Notes under the pieces: model-generated
The model's input: only the letters and a program-made list of their open reading frames with translations
The model's database searches: none
What the model was told of the DNA's origin: nothing
Shown: positions 25,820-34,398 of the stretch, piece after piece
Position numbering within the stretch: position 1 is the first letter of the stretch
Layout of the letters: each line of letters starts with the position of its first letter
IMG/VR virus record: IMGVR_UViG_3300028920_000053
From: an uncultured virus (IMG/VR IMGVR_UViG_3300028920_000053)
Taxonomy: Duplodnaviria; Heunggongvirae; Uroviricota; Caudoviricetes
Reading direction: 5' to 3' (one strand)
Length of the DNA stretch: 64,000 nucleotides
Translations under genes and position numbers: made by a program

Positions 25820-26664
25820 ACCCACCTCTCCTATGGGTCGTGGTCCCGACCTGCCGCCCCGAGCGGCTCGAATGGATCCGCGACCGATTCGTCTCCCAGC
25901 ACTACCCGAACAAGGCCCTGCTCGTCGTCGAAAACGGCGATGCGATCGGCGCCGTGAGGGAATCCGGCATCCATCCGCACGAGGTCGTGCAGCTGCGCGG
26001 CGAGCCGCATGTCAGCAGGGCCAGGAATGCAGGGATCGAGGCCGTCCGGGAGCTCGGCGACTGGATGTGTTTCTGGGATGACGACGACTACTATGGGCCC
26101 CACTACTTGACCGAGGTCGCGGCCGCGATCGGGACGGGAGGGATCGCGGATGTCATCGGGAAGCGCCGCCACTTCATCGCTTTCCGGGAGCACGGCCTGT
26201 ACCTGTTCAACGAGAGGAACCAATGGAGCGAGGCGCTGTACCTGCACGGGCCGACGCTGACCTTCCGGGCGAGCCAGGCCCTCCCCTTCCCGGAGATCCC
26301 CGAGGGCGAGGAGATGAAGTGGGCCGAGGCGATGCGCGCCCGGGGCGCTTCGTTGCGCGGCCTCTCGATCCACCACTACTGCTACATGCGGGGCGGCGAT
26401 CGTCACATCTTCCAGGCGAGTCCCGAATACATCGCGCTCATCTCGATGAGCAACGACTTCGTCTATTGGCTCGGGGATGTCGAGTGTGATGTCATCGACG
26501 GGAAGCGCGACTGGCGCGACAGGATCCGCAAGACAGAGGGCGAGCGGGTCTCCCTGCCGTTTCGACAGGACGGCGGATCCAGCAAGCTGTCGCTCCAGGT
26601 CGACGCCGACAGCAAGTCCTTCAAGCTGGACACGCGGGAGCTCGAGGCGCCGGAGGTCGCGTGA
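25816..26664 (+). CDS. Glycosyltransferase family 2
   Basis: VVVPT.RP, LLVVENG, ARNAGI, FWDDDDYY (DxD). Confidence 0.88.
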   Translation: MNPPLLWVVVPTCRPERLEWIRDRFVSQHYPNKALLVVENGDAIGAVRESGIHPHEVVQLRGEPHVSRARNAGIEAVRELGDWMCFWDDDDYYGPHYLTEVAAAIGTGGIADVIGKRRHFIAFREHGLYLFNERNQWSEALYLHGPTLTFRASQALPFPEIPEGEEMKWAEAMRARGASLRGLSIHHYCYMRGGDRHIFQASPEYIALISMSNDFVYWLGDVECDVIDGKRDWRDRIRKTEGERVSLPFRQDGGSSKLSLQVDADSKSFKLDTRELEAPEVA

Positions 26665-26960
26665 GGGAGAAGCTGGAGAAGCTGTGGAGGGCAGTCCTCA
26701 CCGAGACGGGCAAGGCCGGCATCAGGGCCGGCATGGCCCTCCTGAAGATGGGGGACGAGCCCGAGCCCGAGCCCGAGCCGCCCGAGGAGGAGGACGAGCC
26801 TGTCCTGGTCGGAGAGGCGGAAGCGATCGAGCTGGACATGCAGGCGGCCGCTATGAGGGCCGATCTCCAGCCTGCCAAGCTGGAGCGCGATCTAGGTCCC
26901 GAGCCGCCGCTGGAGGGTAGCGTCGCCGCGCGGATGGCTAAGGCGCGCGGCGGCTGGTAG
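26661..26960 (+). CDS. Hypothetical acidic/Pro-rich protein
   Basis: GTGA coupling. Confidence 0.6.
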   Translation: MREKLEKLWRAVLTETGKAGIRAGMALLKMGDEPEPEPEPPEEEDEPVLVGEAEAIELDMQAAAMRADLQPAKLERDLGPEPPLEGSVAARMAKARGGW

Positions 26961-26969
26961 TCTTCCCAC

Positions 26970-28790
26970 ATGCCCGCCTCCAACGTCGTCCAGCTCCCCG
27001 GAAGGGAAACCGGCCCCGCCCGGATGACCGCAGCAGCCGGCTCGTCCTTCGGGCTGAACATGACCACGCTCGGACCCCAGTTCGATGCGCAGGGGCTCGT
27101 CGGCTCCGATAGGGTCCGCGAGCTGGAGTTCCGCGAGAAGTTCTTCACCTGCCGGCACCACGACCACAAGGTGTTCGACTTCAACGGGCGGATGATCAGG
27201 CCGGGCAGGCTCCCCGAGTGGTTCGGGACGCAGCCGCTGATCGGAAACAACCTCCCCAGCTTCTACGTCCCGATGGACATGAGGCGGCCGAACACTCCCT
27301 ACCGGATCGCGCGGAAGGTCGTCTCCAGCTTCACGGCGATGCTGTTCGGACACGGCCGATGGCCAGAGATGAAGTCGGACGATCCCGACACCGAGGACTT
27401 CGCGAACGGGCTGGAAGAGGCGACGGGGCTCAAGGCGAAGTTCATCCGAGCGCGGAACATCGGCGGCCGGTGCGGGACCGTCGCCCTCAGCTGGGCGTTC
27501 GTCGATGGGCGGCCGAGGGTGAACGTCCACAACGGCAAGCACGTCCATGTGCTGGAGTGGGAGGACGAGGACGAGAGGATCCCGCGTCACGCGGTCGAGC
27601 TGTACCAGTATGTCAGGTCGGTCTTCGACCCCAAGAAGCGGAAGATGGTCAAGCGCTGGTTCTGGCACAGGCGCGACTGGACCCCCGTCGCCGACGTCTT
27701 CTTCCAGTCGATCGAGGTGTCGAAGAAGAACCCCGAGATGTGGATCATCGACGAGGAGCGCAGCTTCGAGCACCACGACGGGTTCACCCACCTGGTCTAC
27801 ATCGAGAACCTACCGGACGACGACGTCAACACCACGGACGGGGCCCCGGACTATGCCGAGACATACGAGCAGCAATCGAGCCTCGACACCCTGAACAGCG
27901 TGAATGTCGGCGGCGCGGTGAAGAACCTGGACCCCACGCTGGTCCTGAAGATGCCTTTCGATGCGACGCATGGGGCCGTGATCAAGAAGGGCAGCGAGAA
28001 TGCGCTCACCGTCGGCGAGACGGGCGATGCGAAGTACATGGAGGTCAGCGGGGCGAGCGTCGCGGCGGGAAGCGCGCTGGTCTCCGAGCAGGCGAACCAG
28101 ATCCTGGAGACGGCCGAGTGCGTCAGCCCCGATCCGAACGAGGTGCTGGCGGCGGGGACCAGCGCGGTCGGGATGAAGATGCTGTACTCGCCTATGCTCA
28201 ACAAGACGGATGTCCTCCGCGACCAATACGGAAAGGGCATCGAGCTGCTCGTCACGCAGATGACGGTCAGCGCCCGGCTCCGGGCGCCGAACCCCAACGC
28301 TGAGACGGAGGAGGAGCGGTGGGCGCACGTCCCGGTGGTCGACGAGGAGACGGGCGAGCCCAAGTTTGACGAGGAGACGGGCGAGCAGGTCCTGGAGCCC
28401 GTCGAGTTCTTCCTGGACCTGCCGCCGAGGATCGAGTCCGAAGAGGTGCTGGATGAGCAGGGGAATCCGACGGGCGAGACCCGCGAGGTGAAAGTGGATC
28501 GCCGGCCCGGTTCCGGACGGGTCTGGATTGAGTGGGGCGACTACTTCAAGCCGACGTCGGACGATCGGCAGAAAGACGCGGGCGCCCTCACGACGGCGAC
28601 GGGCGGGCAGCCCGTGCTGAGCCAGCGGACGGCGGTCGAGCAGAATGCGAAGCGGCTCGGGATCGATCCTGGCGAGGAGTGGGTCCGGGTGAGCCAGGAC
28701 AACGAGCGACGCGCCCAGCAGGACGCGATGATGACGCCGCCGATCGGCGACTTCGAGGACGAGGAGACGCCGCCGGGCGGGGAGGCCTGA
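26970..28790 (+). CDS. Portal protein
   Basis: 606 aa, first gene of the head module, SPP1-like features (SAVGMKMLYSPM, W.DYF, LSQRTA). Confidence 0.82.
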   Translation: MPASNVVQLPGRETGPARMTAAAGSSFGLNMTTLGPQFDAQGLVGSDRVRELEFREKFFTCRHHDHKVFDFNGRMIRPGRLPEWFGTQPLIGNNLPSFYVPMDMRRPNTPYRIARKVVSSFTAMLFGHGRWPEMKSDDPDTEDFANGLEEATGLKAKFIRARNIGGRCGTVALSWAFVDGRPRVNVHNGKHVHVLEWEDEDERIPRHAVELYQYVRSVFDPKKRKMVKRWFWHRRDWTPVADVFFQSIEVSKKNPEMWIIDEERSFEHHDGFTHLVYIENLPDDDVNTTDGAPDYAETYEQQSSLDTLNSVNVGGAVKNLDPTLVLKMPFDATHGAVIKKGSENALTVGETGDAKYMEVSGASVAAGSALVSEQANQILETAECVSPDPNEVLAAGTSAVGMKMLYSPMLNKTDVLRDQYGKGIELLVTQMTVSARLRAPNPNAETEEERWAHVPVVDEETGEPKFDEETGEQVLEPVEFFLDLPPRIESEEVLDEQGNPTGETREVKVDRRPGSGRVWIEWGDYFKPTSDDRQKDAGALTTATGGQPVLSQRTAVEQNAKRLGIDPGEEWVRVSQDNERRAQQDAMMTPPIGDFEDEETPPGGEA

Positions 28791-28807
28791 TCGCGGCCGG
28801 GTGATTT

Positions 28808-30910
28808 ATGGCCCGGAAGTATGATGCTCGGCGGACCCTGGCGAGGAACCGACGCAGGGCGCTGCGCCAATCGCAGGCCGCGCAGAAGCGGCTGCTGAAC
28901 GTCCTCGGCAAGGCGCAGCGGCAGCTGGCCGAGCGACTCCGCGACAGCGCCGAGCTCCGCAATGCGGACGGCTCGCGAGCGTTCAGCGTTGCGCAGATGA
29001 CGGCGGTGCAGCGGCAGGTCCAGGACCTGCAGCGTTTCCTCTCGTCGAACATCGACAAGGTCATCCGAGACGTGGCGTCGATCACGGCCGAGGGCGCGGC
29101 GGAGGACACGATTCGCTACCTCGAGCAAGCGGAGCGGCAGTTCACCGGGGTGGGCAGGGCGCTCGGGCTCAAGACCGCTGCGGTCCTAAACCGGGCCAGC
29201 AAGAAGACCGAGTCGTCGGTGCTGCGCCGCATCAGGAAGGACAAGAAGCACCCGGCGAACGAGGGGGTCGTGCGGAGGTACAGCAACCGCGTCGTTCGGC
29301 ACTTCGAGGAAACCCTGATGATCCGGATGATAGCGCGGCAGCCATGGGGTCAGGTGAGGGACGCGCTGATCGAGGGGTCCGACTTCCTGAAGGGGCAGCC
29401 CGCCCACTGGGCGGAGCGCATCGCCAGGACCGAGACGATGGCGGCGCACAACCGCGCGGCGTACGAATCGACCAAGGCGGCGCAGGAGCAGCTCGGGGAC
29501 ATGGTGAGGATCCTGTCGGCGACATTCGATTCCAGGACAGGCGCGGACAGCTACGCGGTGCACGGGCAGATCCGCAGGGTGGACGAGCCGTTCGACTGGT
29601 GGGGGGGCTCCTACATGCAGCCGCCCAACCGCCCCAACGACCGGGAGATCGTCGTCCCCTTCAGGCTGTCGTGGAAGATCCCCGACTACCTTCGGCCCAA
29701 GTCCGACGGCGACGTGTCCTCCGCCTGGTCGCGCGACGGCCGCAAGGGCAGCCCACCGCCGCGCCCGCGGATGACGACGGTCCCTCTCGAGCTGTTCGGG
29801 CAGGAGGGCAAGAAGGCCGAGGAGAAGGCCAAGGTCGTGGTCAAGAAGCCCGTCAAGAAGCCGCTCCCGGAGAAGCCCCCTCCCCCGCCGAAGAAGGAGC
29901 AGCCGGCCGTATCGGAGAAGGTCGCCAGGAAGATCACCAACGAGCCGACGCCCCGTAAGTATTGGGAATCGCCGAGGCCCGGGACGCCCGAGCATCGCGA
30001 GGTGCTGAAGAGGGCGAGGAAGGCGGCCGCGGACATGGAGGCGGGGCTCGGGCTGCCGATCGACGACATTGTCCCCGATGTCCTGGGGAACGAGTTCAAG
30101 AAGGTCGAGGCGGCCATGCAGGAGTTCCGCGAGGTCATCCGCGACGTCGTGCAGAGCCATGGCATCCACTACAACCAGGCGGAGCGCCTGGTGAATGAGG
30201 GGATGGAGAATGCGCGGTCAATCACTATCGCGCCTAAGTTCGCGATGGATGCCGCGGGAATGCACAGCCGTTCGGGTCACGTGCAGATCCGGGAGGATGT
30301 CTGGGAATTGGCGACGCGAGCGCTGAGCAAGGGAGCGGATGGCAAGAAGCTGACGCCGAGGGAGCGGGACGCCCTGTCGACGCTGTTCCATGAGGAGATC
30401 CACAGCCACAGCAGGAACACGTCCGCTAGCTACCGCAAACACGGAGGGGCCTTGGAGGAGGCGCTGACCGAGGTCACCGCGCGGAAAGTGACGGGCGAGT
30501 TCATCGGGATGGGGAAGGTCCAGTCGCGTCGGCAGATCAGCACGGGCTACCAGGCGGAGATCCAGGGCATCGAGAGGATCATCCGGGAGGAGCTGCAGCG
30601 CGACGATGCCGCGACCTACAACCTGCTGTCGCCGGCGGTCGATGCCGAGCGGGCGATGTATGGGGCGAATGACCTCCGCTACCTCCGGGGACGGGCCGCC
30701 ATGAGCATGTCGAAGACTCTGCTGGAGGACGCTGCCGTCCAGCACTTCCGCGACCGCGGCGGCAACTTCCGCGACCCGGATCACGCGGTTCGGGAGTTCG
30801 CCAAGCATCTGCCCGACGCGATCAGGGAACGGGTGGAGAAGCGGCTGATCGGTGAGAAGTGGTGGCGGCGCAGCGACAAGAAGCACCCCAAGTGGGAACG
30901 AGGAGAGTGA
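28808..30910 (+). CDS. MuF-like minor head protein with C-terminal zincin metallopeptidase extension
   Basis: Follows portal; AERIARTE, D.RT...HGQ, PPNRPNDR MuF motifs; Pro/Lys linker; HEEIH...EEALTE. Confidence 0.8.
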   Translation: MARKYDARRTLARNRRRALRQSQAAQKRLLNVLGKAQRQLAERLRDSAELRNADGSRAFSVAQMTAVQRQVQDLQRFLSSNIDKVIRDVASITAEGAAEDTIRYLEQAERQFTGVGRALGLKTAAVLNRASKKTESSVLRRIRKDKKHPANEGVVRRYSNRVVRHFEETLMIRMIARQPWGQVRDALIEGSDFLKGQPAHWAERIARTETMAAHNRAAYESTKAAQEQLGDMVRILSATFDSRTGADSYAVHGQIRRVDEPFDWWGGSYMQPPNRPNDREIVVPFRLSWKIPDYLRPKSDGDVSSAWSRDGRKGSPPPRPRMTTVPLELFGQEGKKAEEKAKVVVKKPVKKPLPEKPPPPPKKEQPAVSEKVARKITNEPTPRKYWESPRPGTPEHREVLKRARKAAADMEAGLGLPIDDIVPDVLGNEFKKVEAAMQEFREVIRDVVQSHGIHYNQAERLVNEGMENARSITIAPKFAMDAAGMHSRSGHVQIREDVWELATRALSKGADGKKLTPRERDALSTLFHEEIHSHSRNTSASYRKHGGALEEALTEVTARKVTGEFIGMGKVQSRRQISTGYQAEIQGIERIIREELQRDDAATYNLLSPAVDAERAMYGANDLRYLRGRAAMSMSKTLLEDAAVQHFRDRGGNFRDPDHAVREFAKHLPDAIRERVEKRLIGEKWWRRSDKKHPKWERGE

Positions 30911-30911
30911 A

Positions 30912-31163
30912 GTGGCGATCAACGTGGCGAAGGTGAAGCTGCCGGATTCAGTGTGGGACTTCCCCCCGAACAGGCCCGACCTCGCGGCGGCAGCGGCGGC
31001 CAGGGCGAAGGCGGCGGGGGATCCGCTGGACGATGACGAGCTGGTCCCCCTGACGCGGCTGAACGAGGGGAAGTTCGCCCGCCTGACCGAGCTGCTGAAG
31101 GTCGTCGCCTCCTCGGACGATCCGGTGGCGGACTTACAGGAGGCGCTCGACGCCCTGGACTAG
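30912..31163 (+). CDS. Small acidic protein, candidate immunity protein for the MuF extension
   Basis: Starts 2 nt after the MuF stop; RBS AGGAG. Confidence 0.55.
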   Translation: MAINVAKVKLPDSVWDFPPNRPDLAAAAAARAKAAGDPLDDDELVPLTRLNEGKFARLTELLKVVASSDDPVADLQEALDALD

Positions 31164-31203
31164 CTTGCTTGTCCCCGCTCGGGGCGGGTGGTACAGTCGT
31201 CAC

Positions 31204-31467
31204 ATGGCAGCTGCGAAGCCCTTCAAGGTCGACGGTGCCGGCGGTGCCGGGATAGTCCGAGGTCCCGACGGGAGGTTCTATCGGGAGGACGCCGAGAAGG
31301 CGGCGCCGCAGAACCCGCTCGACACCGAGGACGATGGTCGACAGCCGCAGCAGTGGGCGCCCGGAATCGGGCAGCAGTCGGCAAAGCTCACCGGCCAGGA
31401 AAAGCCATGGCCCGAGACGGGTCAGCAGGAGGCGACTCCCGGCGGGAAGCCGTTCCGAGTCGGCTAG
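31204..31467 (+). CDS. Small disordered head-module protein, probably leaderless
   Basis: TTGTCC-17-TACAGT-N6-ATG; KPF motifs at both ends. Confidence 0.7.
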   Translation: MAAAKPFKVDGAGGAGIVRGPDGRFYREDAEKAAPQNPLDTEDDGRQPQQWAPGIGQQSAKLTGQEKPWPETGQQEATPGGKPFRVG

Positions 31468-31478
31468 CAGGAGGACAC

Positions 31479-31790
31479 ATGGCAGCAGGCAACCAACCCG
31501 GAAACGGCAAGACCAACCCCTTCGGAAACGGCCAGGGGGGAGCAGGAGGACAGGGAGCGATGGCGAACAACTTCGTGCAGAATCCGAAGGGCAACAACTC
31601 CGGAAGCAAGCCGCGCGACTTCGTGGACGCTAGCCGTCCCCAGCAGGCGGCGGGACCCCGCACGAACCCGCAGGACGCAGCTGCCGGTCCGAGCACGGCG
31701 GCCGAGGCGGCGAGCCCTCCCCCGACCCGACAGGGCGGCACGGGAACCGTCGGCAACGGCAACAAGCCTTTCCGCCTCGGCGGCGGCTAA
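31479..31790 (+). CDS. Small Gly/Asn/Pro-rich disordered head-module protein
   Basis: RBS GGAGG; NPFG and KPFRLG motifs. Confidence 0.7.
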   Translation: MAAGNQPGNGKTNPFGNGQGGAGGQGAMANNFVQNPKGNNSGSKPRDFVDASRPQQAAGPRTNPQDAAAGPSTAAEAASPPPTRQGGTGTVGNGNKPFRLGGG

Positions 31791-31826
31791 GTTCCATCCC
31801 TCGACCCAGAACCGAGCTAGGCGAGC

Positions 31827-32237
31827 ATGGGACAGATCAGCATCAGCGGCGCCCTCGAAGGTGGCCCCCCCGCGGGAGCCGAGACCTTCCCGGCATCGAA
31901 GTTCCTGACCCCCCTGTCGCTGCGGGAAAGCGCCAAGCAGTTCGGGGTCGCGACCGGGGTGTTGACCCGCAACCTGCAGGTGGCGGCCCCGGCATTCGCG
32001 ACCCTGGACGGCGTGGGCCCTGCCGCGACCGTGACGCAGGGAGACTTCCTGTACTTCAAGTGTGATGGTCAGCTCGTGCTGCGCCTCACGACCGACGACG
32101 GCGGTGGCGGCCAAGATGTCCAGACCGTCCCCGTCCACGGGCTCGCCGTGCTGGAGTTCCCGACGACCCGTCCCCTTGAACTGCTGGAAGCGCAGGGAAC
32201 GGGGAAGATCGAGTACCTAGTCAGCGGTCCGATCTGA
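31827..32237 (+). CDS. Virion structural protein
   Basis: Beta-rich, located in the head module. Confidence 0.6.
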   Translation: MGQISISGALEGGPPAGAETFPASKFLTPLSLRESAKQFGVATGVLTRNLQVAAPAFATLDGVGPAATVTQGDFLYFKCDGQLVLRLTTDDGGGGQDVQTVPVHGLAVLEFPTTRPLELLEAQGTGKIEYLVSGPI

Positions 32238-32309
32238 CGCTACCAAGACCCACCCGTCGGCAGTTCCCCGGCGGACTGGAGACGACCCTACGAATAGGAG
32301 AAGAGAACG

Positions 32310-33011
32310 ATGTCCGCACCGAAAGATGGCACCACCCGAGCGGCCGCCGACCGCGCAAACCCCGACACCCTCGCCGACTTCGCGCGCCTCATCGCGCTGG
32401 GAAGCCTGCTGCAAGGACAGGTGAACCAAGTCCGCCGCAAGGTCGACATGGACGCTGCGGGGACGAATCCCAACAACCTCGCCACGCTCGACGCGCTCGA
32501 CCTCCCGGCATCGGGTAAGGCGTGCAGCATCGTCCGCGCCACCGTGCGGGCCGGCGGCGTCACCGGCGAGCTGACCCCCGTTGCCTACGGCACGACCCCC
32601 GCGACGACGCAGATCGCGGTCGGGCCGAACGGCGACATCGTGACTCTCGCGGCCGACGCGATCACGGACATGGACGTCGTCTATGTTCCCGAGCGCGGCG
32701 ACGTCATCGAGACCGTGTTCCCCGTCACCTCCGACGCGATCGACCTCGCCGTCATCGCCCCGGCGATTCCCGCCCGCGGCATCGTGCTGCTCGCGGATGT
32801 CGAGGCGCTGGAAGGCACCGCCACGGGCCGCAAGATCGTCCTCGCCCCGGGCGCAGGCGCTCCGGCCGCGGGCCAGGCCCGACTCGATGTGGCGAAGGAC
32901 ACCATCACCTTCGCGGCGGCTGACGCCGTGACGCGAGCACGCGTCGTGCTCGTGGTGACTGCCGCAGAGCAGCTGACCGACGTGCTGGAGTCCAACTCCC
33001 AGCTCATCTAG
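32310..33011 (+). CDS. Putative head decoration protein
   Basis: Ala/Thr/Val-rich with an internally duplicated small domain; upstream of scaffold and capsid. Confidence 0.5.
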   Translation: MSAPKDGTTRAAADRANPDTLADFARLIALGSLLQGQVNQVRRKVDMDAAGTNPNNLATLDALDLPASGKACSIVRATVRAGGVTGELTPVAYGTTPATTQIAVGPNGDIVTLAADAITDMDVVYVPERGDVIETVFPVTSDAIDLAVIAPAIPARGIVLLADVEALEGTATGRKIVLAPGAGAPAAGQARLDVAKDTITFAAADAVTRARVVLVVTAAEQLTDVLESNSQLI

Positions 33012-33052
33012 CCGGCGCCTGAACTGAGGGCGCTACAGGAGGAAGCGCAACA

Positions 33053-34111
33053 GTGTACATTCACAGGAAGTTCCCTCTTAGGGAGCCCGACAAGGGCACG
33101 GGCGACGGTTCGGGAGCGGCGGGGACGCCCGCCGCTTCGAGCTCCGGCGAAGGACAGGGGCAGGCGGGCGAGGCGGGAGCCGAACCTCCACGGCAGCAGC
33201 CGCAATGGAGGGGGACGGCGGACGGCGCCCCGATCGCCTCGAATGAGCCACCGGGCGGGAGCCAGTCGGCTTCGACCGGCGGCGAAGCAGATCGATCTGC
33301 TTCCGGCGGTCAGCAAGGCGAGGGGCAGCAGCCGCAGGTGATGGGCCGAGGTGGCCCGATGAGCGAGGAGGCAATCGCCGACCGAGTCGCCCGCGACCGC
33401 AAGAAGTGGCTCCGCGAGACGTTCGGGACCGAGGACGAAGCCGAGGCCAAGAAGCGCATGCAGCAGCTGGAGGCCGAGGCCGAGCAGCGGCGCAAGGACC
33501 AGGCCGACCTGGACCGGTACCGGCAGGCCGAGGAGAAGCGCAAGCGGGAGCAGATGAGCCGCGAGGAGCGGCTGCAGGCCGACCTCCAGAAGGAGCGCGA
33601 GAAGCGCGCGCAGCTGGAGACCCAGCTCCGCGAGAAGGAGGAGAACGAGGTCGTCAGCCAGCAGGACCAGGTCATCCGCGACGAGGCGGTCCGACACGTC
33701 GACGATCGATATGTCAAGTATGCCCGCCGCGACCTGGCCGAGCACTTCCGGCAGCTCCCCGAGAAGGATCAGAAGTCGTTCGGGCCGACCCAGCTCAAGA
33801 AGTTCATGCGCGAGTGGGCGAAGGACAACCCGGCCATGGCGCGACAGGCCGACGCCGGCAAGGGAAACGGCCAGGCGCAGCAGGGCGAGGGGCAGCCGGC
33901 ACAGCCGGCGAAGCCGAAGCCGCAGCCTCGGCGGGCGCCGATGGCAACGAGCCGGGCCAACCCTTCGAGGGGCGCCCCTCCCGAAGCAGGCAAGGGTGGA
34001 CCGGACATCGTGGCGGGCAAGACGGTGAAGCCGGGGCTGCCCAACTCGATGAGCAAGGCCGAGCTGAACCAGCACTATCGCGAGCAGTTCGGGCGCTCGA
34101 AGCCCTGGTAG
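33053..34111 (+). CDS. Capsid scaffolding protein
   Basis: Disordered N-terminus, long charged coiled coil, immediately before the major capsid gene. Confidence 0.78.
   Translation: MYIHRKFPLREPDKGTGDGSGAAGTPAASSSGEGQGQAGEAGAEPPRQQPQWRGTADGAPIASNEPPGGSQSASTGGEADRSASGGQQGEGQQPQVMGRGGPMSEEAIADRVARDRKKWLRETFGTEDEAEAKKRMQQLEAEAEQRRKDQADLDRYRQAEEKRKREQMSREERLQADLQKEREKRAQLETQLREKEENEVVSQQDQVIRDEAVRHVDDRYVKYARRDLAEHFRQLPEKDQKSFGPTQLKKFMREWAKDNPAMARQADAGKGNGQAQQGEGQPAQPAKPKPQPRRAPMATSRANPSRGAPPEAGKGGPDIVAGKTVKPGLPNSMSKAELNQHYREQFGRSKPW
33284..33303. promoter_or_regulatory. Dispersed palindrome copy 5 (intragenic, read as EADRSAS)
   Basis: Exact 20-mer. Confidence 0.9.
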
Positions 34112-34133
34112 GCGGGTCTCCCGCCCGAAAACG

Positions 34134-34173
34134 GCCATTCCTGGCGCCAGGACGCGCCAGGAATGGCTTTCTC
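34134..34173 (+). terminator. Perfect 14-bp hairpin with short T tail
   Basis: GCCATTCCTGGCGC-CAGGAC-GCGCCAGGAATGGC-TTTCTC. Confidence 0.6.
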
Positions 34174-34228
34174 GTGGGGGCAAGGGGGGTAAGCCACGGG
34201 TACCTGAAGGCGCGCCAGGGCGCATCCT

Positions 34229-34355
34229 GGCGCGATTGTGAGCACGCCGGACTTGTCGGGGACTCAGCCGTCATGTACCTTTTCGGATACAGGAGACGGC
34301 TGAGCACTCCGCGCCCACTCGCGGTCTAAATCAGGTGGCCCCCGCTCATCGCGCC
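34229..34355 (+). ncRNA. Candidate branched structured RNA in the major capsid leader
   Basis: Closing stem GGCGCGA..TGAGC / GCTCA-TCGCGCC; internal 10-bp stem CTCAGCCGTC / GACGGCTGAG; CCAC / GTGG. Confidence 0.45.
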
Positions 34356-34398
34356 CGATCCGGTTCAACGGCAACCCTCCGAAGGAGAAACCCCCCAC

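Noticed and set aside
28341..28385. 18-bp direct repeat in the portal gene (DEETGE twice)
   Set aside because: Short in-frame duplication in an acidic loop; no sign of a separate function
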